Assembly: GCA_043752185.1 (NCBI GenBank)
Contig: JAYUZB010000014.1
Coordinates: 49-64,048, forward strand
DNA length: 64,000 bases
Source of the DNA: Chitinophagaceae bacterium
Lineage (GTDB): Bacteria; Bacteroidota; Bacteroidia; Chitinophagales; Chitinophagaceae
Direction: 5' to 3'
The notes beneath the pieces were generated by a model. That model did not search any database. It had not been told where the DNA came from and was given only the letters and a program-made list of their open reading frames with translations. Within the stretch, counting starts at the first letter, position 1. Each line of letters opens with the position of its first letter. The translations under genes and the position numbers were made by a program. Shown piece by piece: positions 58,701-64,000 of this stretch.

Positions 58701-59066
58701 AGTAAGAACAGGGGCAAATTTGCCGACAGAAACGGAGCAAGGCTTCCTTTTACCCATAATCTGGATTTAAGATTGTCACAAGATGTTACAATTAAAATGG
58801 GCAAGCAAACCTACCAGTTACAGTTTACCTGGGATATTTACAACTTCACCAATTTACTTAACAGAGATTGGGGTAAACAATATTTTGCCGGTAACGATCA
58901 GTTTGGCCTAATTAATTTTGGCGGATATGTTGCAGCAAATAACCTTACACCTCAGTATCGTTTTAACCCAACTATCACTACTCCATACAACTTTAATAAC
59001 TCGGCCTCACCGGGTTATGCAAACAGGTGGGTTAGCCAGGTTGGTGTAAGATTCAATTTTAAATAA
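55740..59066 (+). CDS. TonB-dependent receptor (Oar-like, with N-terminal carboxypeptidase-regulatory-like domain)
   Basis: Signal peptide ending NAQ; GQNNRYNSFYIDG; GGGINAVTKSGTN; C-terminal QVGVRFNF. Start 55740 or 55746. Confidence 0.9.
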   Translation: MRMKKILFTLLSALAFQFTVNAQITTSGMSGTVKNATNEALTGATITATHTPTGTIYNVQSRANGRFDITNMNNGGPYKVEVTYVNYAKEVKEDIYLNLGEVYRYDFTLNLASVTITEVTVATRRRNDLDAKGGTSSSIGRDKIELTTSVGRNIQDYIRVTPFAKTLNGNEGAVAIAGQNNRYNSFYIDGAINNDVFGLAASGVNGGQTGAAPISIDAIDQFQIFISPYDASIGNFTGGGINAVTKSGTNKIEGSIYYFFRNEKLAGKNPTQRKDTAQRFPAFKNKTYGFRVGGPIIKNKLFYFLSAEQQRDETPQPFDFATYRGNTNTVAGVEAIKSFVKSTYGYDMGEWQSTARKLDVDRLSAKLDWNISSKHRLTLSGRYNKAVSTSTGLSSATTINFSNGGVKFPSRTTAFAFELKSTLRKNISNKLLATYSDVLDDRSIVGDPFPRVSLNDGTGTINFGSDNSSTQNLLTQKNLSIVDNLKINIKNHSISLGVDYERFKVFNVFIQNSYGNYNYGTNTVGGITTTGVQKFLANNANANTYNLGFPNTDKNLNDGTGAGARFEAQKLAFYIADEIKIGNNFTLNLGVRADKWSFPTQPYTDAFTNDSAIVQFSKYYDLKGARSGQRPKFPISISPRIGFTYKIPDQAVTIRGGFGVFTGRMPLVWPGGTYNNNGYFVGGYSASATSLNTIRFRWNPNDIPGSVWTPTQVGQGFTKGPLNLISKEFRMPKLARASLAFDKNLGKGWSSTFEVLVSKNINEVYYTNINILPPTGISLGAGPRSVYGVTGNTTNLVPITNNGTGTNPYDNAILVSNNTTGGKGFAYNLNVGIDKRSAKGINFSASYAFGNSMVGNEGTSSVNLSQWRFIESVNGRNSLGLSSSDFDQAHRILSTLSKKFTYLKGKLATTIALTYIGQSGSPLSYVYATNSMTRDDASNGGNDLIYIPTAAELQAQTFVNNTVGTTTYTPQQQKDALEAYITKDKYLSKNRGKFADRNGARLPFTHNLDLRLSQDVTIKMGKQTYQLQFTWDIYNFTNLLNRDWGKQYFAGNDQFGLINFGGYVAANNLTPQYRFNPTITTPYNFNNSASPGYANRWVSQVGVRFNFK

Positions 59067-59101
59067 ACCAGTTCTGAATTAGCCGCAAGGCAAATTCCTA
59101 T

Positions 59102-59136
59102 AAAAAAAATCCCGGTCAACTGACCGGGATTTTTTT
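59102..59136. terminator. Bidirectional terminator
   Basis: A8-TCCCGGTCA-ac-TGACCGGGA-T7. Confidence 0.88.
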
Positions 59137-59180
59137 ATGTTCAATATTTTTTTTCAACTTATTAAATCCATACTCCGAAC

Positions 59181-60020
59181 TTACGACTCACGACTCAAAA
59201 CTCTCTTCTCCCCCCATCCCCATTTTAAAAAATCAGGAAATGCTTTGGCCCAGGTTGGTACATCGTGGCGTCCATCTTTCAGTTGAACAAACCTAATATG
59301 CTCATCCTCCTTGTAACCTTTACCAACCAAAATATCAATCAGTCCAATTGTATCATCAATCGAATCAATTACTCCGTTGTTATTTCGATCTGCAGTTTCA
59401 TCAAGGGTTCCCACTTCAAAGAAAAATTTAAGCCAGGGGTAGTTATTTTTTTCTTCTTTTATCTGGCGGTGCATGATGCGGTTAACATTTTCATCAAAGT
59501 CATCATCATCCTGGTCCTTATCACGCCACCATAACGAACCGCTAAAAATACCCACCTTATTAAATTCCAGCGGATGGTTCCAAACCATATCCAGGGCGCA
59601 TAATCCGCCAAGTGAAAAACCGGCAAAACATTTTTCTTTAAAAGAATAAATGAACAGAGTTTTACGTATAAAAGGCATCAACTCTTGCAGTACAAACTGG
59701 TTATATAAAGCAGCCTTGGCCCCCCGACCTTTATAATCGAGGTATTTTGCAGTTCCGTATTCATTCTTCCGGTCTTTGGAACAATGTATACCTACACAAA
59801 AAAGATTACTGATTGACTTTGCTTCGTACAATTCATCAAGTATCTCTTCAAACTTCATGGTCACTAAATCCTGCCCATCGTTAACTAATAAAAGGCTGAG
59901 GTTTGATGGGTCTGTTGTTTTGGGAGGAAAATAAAAATCAATGATAACTTCACGTTTCAAAAACTCCGAAGAAATGATATGCTGCTGCACTGAGATATTG
60001 GCTGTCTTATATTCTGACAT
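59181..60020 (-). CDS. Alpha/beta-hydrolase (Fes/enterochelin-esterase-like)
   Basis: NDGQD, GFSLGG nucleophile motif, FSGSLWW, GRHD. Confidence 0.85.
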   Translation of the reverse strand: MSEYKTANISVQQHIISSEFLKREVIIDFYFPPKTTDPSNLSLLLVNDGQDLVTMKFEEILDELYEAKSISNLFCVGIHCSKDRKNEYGTAKYLDYKGRGAKAALYNQFVLQELMPFIRKTLFIYSFKEKCFAGFSLGGLCALDMVWNHPLEFNKVGIFSGSLWWRDKDQDDDDFDENVNRIMHRQIKEEKNNYPWLKFFFEVGTLDETADRNNNGVIDSIDDTIGLIDILVGKGYKEDEHIRFVQLKDGRHDVPTWAKAFPDFLKWGWGEKRVLSRES

Positions 60021-60210
60021 ATACTCAAAAATAAGAAAATACCGGCTAACTTATTGTTTCGCTTTAGAGCAAAAATGAATTTACAGGGTATTTTTTTTAA
60101 TAGCTCCCAAGCTGAAACATAATTTGTTTTATTGGTTGTTACAAAATATATTTGAATTACATAAAATTTTGGCTGATAAACCAAATTAAAAACAATAAAA
60201 AACCTGCATT

Positions 60211-61167
60211 ATGAAGAAAATAGGCGTATTATTTGGCAAGGAAAGAAGCTTTCCGGAAGCGTTTATCGAAAGGGTAAACAGTAAAAAAATTGATGGGGTA
60301 ATGGCCGAAGCTGTCCGCATTGATAAAGTAATGCAGGGAGAGCCATCAGGCTATGCTGTTATTTTTGACCGCATTTCGCAGGATGTTCCCTTCTACAGGG
60401 CATATTTAAAAAATGCAGCATTGTGTGGTACAACGGTTATCAACAATCCTTTTTGGTGGAGTGCCGATGAAAAATTTTTTAATAACTGCCTCGCAACAAA
60501 GATTGATGTTCCGGTTCCTAAAACGGTTATTTTACCTTCCAGAGATTTACCACCCGATACCAGCGAAGAATCTTTCAGCAACCTGGCTTACCCCATGGAT
60601 TGGAAAGGTATTTTTGAATACATTGGCTTTCCAGCTTACATGAAACCTTTTTCGGGCGGCGGATGGAAAAGTGTTTACCAGCTTAACAGTATGGAAGAAT
60701 TTTTTGAAAAGCATGCAGAAACTGAACAACTGGTGATGATGCTGCAGGAAGAAATAAAGTTTGATGAATATTACCGCTGCTACTGTATTGGTGGCAAATA
60801 TGTACGCATCATGCCTTACGAACCCCGCAACCCTCACCACCTGCGTTATGTAGCCGATTTTAGCCCATCGCCTGAGAGATATAAATTAATGGAAGATATC
60901 GTTTTGCGTATTTGCCATTACTTGGGGTATGATTTTAATACTGTGGAATTAGCACTGCGTGATGGCGTGCCTTATGCTATTGATTTTTGCAACCCTGCAC
61001 CCGATGCAGAAGTTAGCAGCGTTGGCCAGGAAAATTTTGATTGGGTGGTAGAAACAGCTGCAACGTATGCCATTGAAAAAGCAATGGAGCACAAAGACAA
61101 TGCAGATAATTTAACCTGGGGGAATTATATTAAAAACAGCGCAGCAAAAAAGAAACTATATAAATAA
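60211..61167 (+). CDS. RimK-like ATP-grasp protein
   Basis: DRIS, VINNPF, VPVPKT, GFPAYMKPFSGGG, LQEEI, NTVE, AIDFCNPAPD. Confidence 0.85.
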   Translation: MKKIGVLFGKERSFPEAFIERVNSKKIDGVMAEAVRIDKVMQGEPSGYAVIFDRISQDVPFYRAYLKNAALCGTTVINNPFWWSADEKFFNNCLATKIDVPVPKTVILPSRDLPPDTSEESFSNLAYPMDWKGIFEYIGFPAYMKPFSGGGWKSVYQLNSMEEFFEKHAETEQLVMMLQEEIKFDEYYRCYCIGGKYVRIMPYEPRNPHHLRYVADFSPSPERYKLMEDIVLRICHYLGYDFNTVELALRDGVPYAIDFCNPAPDAEVSSVGQENFDWVVETAATYAIEKAMEHKDNADNLTWGNYIKNSAAKKKLYK

Positions 61168-61173
61168 ACATTC

Positions 61174-62286
61174 ATGGCAAGTCTATCTTACAAACAATTT
61201 ACGCTGGGTATTGAAGAAGAATACATGGTAATTGACCCTGCAACCCGTGAACTAAAAAGCCATGACCAGAAAATTGTACACGAAGGCCAAAAAGTTATTA
61301 AAGACAAAGTAAAAGCCGAGATGCACCAGGCTGTTGTTGAAGTAGGAACTGATATTTGCCGCGACATTGACGAAGCTTTTATTGATGTTGGTACTTTACG
61401 TAAAACCATTAGTGGTATTGCCGACGAGCTGGGCCTTTGGGTAGGTGCATCAGGTACGCATCCTTTCAGCCATTGGGAAAGTCAGTTGATTACTGAACAT
61501 GTTCGCTATAACGAAATAGTAAATGAATTACAGGAAGCGGCACGTAGTAATTTAATTTTTGGTCTGCATGTGCATGTAGGTATGGAGAACCGGGAGATGG
61601 CCATTCACATTGCCAACTCGGCCCGTTATTTTCTACCGCACATTTTTGCATTAAGTACCAACTCCCCTTTCTGGGAAGGCAGAACAACCGGTTACAAATC
61701 TTTCCGCACAAAAGTATTTGATAAATTTCCACGTACGGGTATTCCCGATTATTTTGACAGCATTGAAGCTTACGACAATTATATTAAGCTGCTGGTAAAA
61801 ACAAATTGCATTGATAATGCGAAAAAAATATGGTGGGATCTGCGGGTGCACCCTTTCTTCAACACAGTGGAATTCAGGATTTGCGATGTGCCGATGACAG
61901 TGCAGGAAACCATCACCATTGCAGCATTATTTCAGGCTATTTGTGCCAAACTGTATAAGCTGCGTAGCCAAAACCTGAATTTTATGATGTACTCCCGTGC
62001 ATTGCTTAACGAAAATAAATGGCGGGCTGGCCGCTACGGCATTGATGGCAGCATGATTGACTTTGGAAAAGAAATGGAAGTTAATACCAGGGTACTTATT
62101 TATGAATTACTCGACTTTGTAGATGATGTTTTACCTGAATTAGGCAGCCGTCATGCCATCAACAATGTACATAAAATGCTGGAGCAGGGCACTGGCGCCG
62201 ACAGGCAGTTGAAAGTGTTTGAAGAAACCAAAAGCCTGGTAAATGTGGTAGATCTGATACATAACCAATTTTTAAGTGGATTGTAG
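61174..62286 (+). CDS. Carboxylate-amine ligase (YbdK/GCS2 family)
   Basis: TLGIEEE, GTHPFS, FGLHVHVG, NSPFW.G, WWDLR, TVEFRICD, ENKWRAGRYG. Confidence 0.92.
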   Translation: MASLSYKQFTLGIEEEYMVIDPATRELKSHDQKIVHEGQKVIKDKVKAEMHQAVVEVGTDICRDIDEAFIDVGTLRKTISGIADELGLWVGASGTHPFSHWESQLITEHVRYNEIVNELQEAARSNLIFGLHVHVGMENREMAIHIANSARYFLPHIFALSTNSPFWEGRTTGYKSFRTKVFDKFPRTGIPDYFDSIEAYDNYIKLLVKTNCIDNAKKIWWDLRVHPFFNTVEFRICDVPMTVQETITIAALFQAICAKLYKLRSQNLNFMMYSRALLNENKWRAGRYGIDGSMIDFGKEMEVNTRVLIYELLDFVDDVLPELGSRHAINNVHKMLEQGTGADRQLKVFEETKSLVNVVDLIHNQFLSGL

Positions 62287-62309
62287 TTTGAAGGGATAGA
62301 ATAAATACC

Positions 62310-62317
62310 TATCTTTG
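62310..62317 (+). promoter_or_regulatory. -7 promoter box TATCTTTG for tRNA-Arg
   Basis: Consensus match 13 bp upstream of the tRNA. Confidence 0.7.
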
Positions 62318-62330
62318 CCCTCCAAAAAAT

Positions 62331-62407
62331 GGCTGCGTAGCTCAACTGAATAGAGCATCTGACTACGGATCAGAAGGTTTTAGGTTTGAATCCTAACGCG
62401 GTCACCA
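62331..62407 (+). tRNA. tRNA-Arg(ACG) with encoded CCA
   Basis: Acceptor GGCTGCG/CGCGGTC; anticodon arm TCTGA-ctACGga-TCAGA; T-loop TTTGAAT; ends ACCA. Confidence 0.93.
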
Positions 62408-62429
62408 CACATATCTCAATTGATTTTGA

Positions 62430-62462
62430 AACCCCTGTAACATTAATATTTACAGGGGTTTT
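62430..62462 (+). terminator. Terminator after tRNA-Arg
   Basis: AACCCCTGTAA...TTACAGGGGTTTT. Confidence 0.75.
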
Positions 62463-62737
62463 GTATTTTTAAACTACCTGGCCGTTTTAGCCAGATAAAA
62501 GGCGAAGTATTCAACCGACTGTTACCAGTCATTCCTGCAACATTCAAGAAGGCGTTAATTTAAGGCAGACAGTATCTCCGGATTTTCAACTGATAATGGT
62601 TACAGTTAAAGTAAAAGGAATCTTATTTAAAAAGGTTGCTGTTTACATTTTCCTTAAAACCCTGATTTTCCAATGCATTATACCTGCGGAATGTGAAAAT
62701 ACTGGCTTATATTAGTAACCTAAACTAACTGCTTACG

Positions 62738-63634
62738 ATGGCCAAAAAATACAAAAGCGACCGCATTGACTGGAAACACGTATGGAGCCTTAAGAATCTG
62801 ATACAAATATTATTGGGTACGGGTTTGGCGGTGGTGGCCATGAAAGGCTTTATGATTCCAAACCGTTTTCTGGATGGCGGCATTACAGGTATCTCCATAT
62901 TGCTTCATGAAATGTTTCACATCAATATCAGCATACTGGTTATTGTACTTAACCTTGGTTTTATTTATCTGGGTTACAGAAATATCGGTAAAACTTTTGC
63001 AGTACAAACTTCCATAGCTGTTCTCCTATTGGCTGCGGGTTTACTTTTTATTGATATCGGCCCTATCACTTCCGATAAATTATTAATTGCCATTTTTGGC
63101 GGCATTTTAATTGGTACCGGTGTTGGATTGGTGATACGTGGCGGAGGTGTAATTGACGGTGCCGAAGTGATAGCAGTTTTTACCCGGCGCAAAACAGGTT
63201 TTTCAAACAGCGAAATCATCATGCTCATCAACTGCATCATCTTTGCAGTGGCAGCACTGCAATTTGGCATTGAGACCGCCATGTATTCTGTTATCACATA
63301 CTTTACGGCCACCCGTGCCACAAACTATGTGGTTGATGGCATTGAAGAATTTACAGCCATGAATATTGTTTCTGCCCAGCAGGAAGATGTAAAGAATTTC
63401 CTGGTAAACGAATTGGGCAAAGGCATAACCGTGTATAAAGGAGAAAGAGGTTACCTGCCTGATAGTTTTGATATTAAAACAGATTGCGAGATCATAGTTA
63501 CTATTGTAACCAGGCTGGAAATAAAACAGATACAGGATGCTTTAATAAAGATAGACCCCAAGGCATTTGTATATGTACAAAGCATTAAAGAAGCAACAGG
63601 CGGAATATTAAAAGCAAAGGCACATGCACATTAA
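62738..63634 (+). CDS. YitT family membrane protein (DUF161/DUF2179)
   Basis: FMIPNRFLDGGITGIS, GGGVIDGAE, GKGITV..G.RGY, IDPKAFV. Confidence 0.9.
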   Translation: MAKKYKSDRIDWKHVWSLKNLIQILLGTGLAVVAMKGFMIPNRFLDGGITGISILLHEMFHINISILVIVLNLGFIYLGYRNIGKTFAVQTSIAVLLLAAGLLFIDIGPITSDKLLIAIFGGILIGTGVGLVIRGGGVIDGAEVIAVFTRRKTGFSNSEIIMLINCIIFAVAALQFGIETAMYSVITYFTATRATNYVVDGIEEFTAMNIVSAQQEDVKNFLVNELGKGITVYKGERGYLPDSFDIKTDCEIIVTIVTRLEIKQIQDALIKIDPKAFVYVQSIKEATGGILKAKAHAH

Positions 63635-64000
63635 CCAGCAGGTGCATGATTTTGTGATCAATTTATTGAAAACCAAAATTGCTGCAACCTATTTTTACCA
63701 TAACTATGTACATACTGTGTATGTAACAGATAAGGCAGTTGAAATAGGTATACAGGAAAATTGCACACAGGAAGAAATGAGGTTATTAACTACGGCTGCC
63801 TTATGGCACGATACAGGCTATATACATACCTATAAAGGACATGAAGGCGAAAGCTGTTTGCTGGCCCGGCAATATTTGCCCGGCTATGGTTTTAGAGCAG
63901 AAGATATTAATAAGATCTGCGGGATGATCATGGCAACAAAAATTCCTCAATCTCCGCAAAACAAACTGGAAGAAATAATAGCAGATGCTGACCTGGAATA
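63624..64000 (+). CDS. HD-domain phosphohydrolase, partial (runs off window end)
   Basis: Hand translation MHINQQVHDFV...YHNYVHT...AALWHDTGY...GHEGES...IMATKIPQ...IIADADLE; overlaps the YitT stop by 11 bp. Confidence 0.85.
   Translation, partial: MHINQQVHDFVINLLKTKIAATYFYHNYVHTVYVTDKAVEIGIQENCTQEEMRLLTTAALWHDTGYIHTYKGHEGESCLLARQYLPGYGFRAEDINKICGMIMATKIPQSPQNKLEEIIADADLE

Noticed and set aside
62331-62407. TTTGAAT T-loop as a sign of a pseudo-tRNA
   Set aside because: Stems are intact, with promoter, CCA and terminator present; I recall this variant in Bacteroidota tRNA-Arg(ACG).

Overview
AT-rich chromosomal window from a Bacteroidota bacterium, probably Chitinophagaceae. This is inferred from the TAnnTTTG promoters, the lack of Shine-Dalgarno motifs, Gln-started secreted proteins and the gene content. 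It is mostly housekeeping and envelope genes: DPP11-type S46 peptidase, glutaminyl cyclase, dacB, cinA, an E2 acyltransferase, miaA, CCA-adding enzyme, lon, M42/M14 peptidases, ggt, TamB, ribBA and a TonB-dependent receptor, plus tRNA-Lys(TTT) and tRNA-Arg(ACG). I saw no CRISPR array, rRNA, integrase or transposase. The most notable signals are: (1) a 167-bp, ~90% identical second copy of the lon 3' end, paired with a second repeated site of 10-7-10 palindromic form, together delimiting two tandem cargo units; (2) GC-rich palindromic (REP/MITE-like) elements and 7/9-bp repeat arrays, several translated in-frame inside core proteins, including a ~40-aa insert in the CCA-adding enzyme whose hairpins covary with a free intergenic copy; (3) an esterase / ATP-grasp / carboxylate-amine ligase cluster with no product I can assign; and (4) candidate sRNAs and unannotated small ORFs. 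All calls come from reading motifs by eye; no searches were run.
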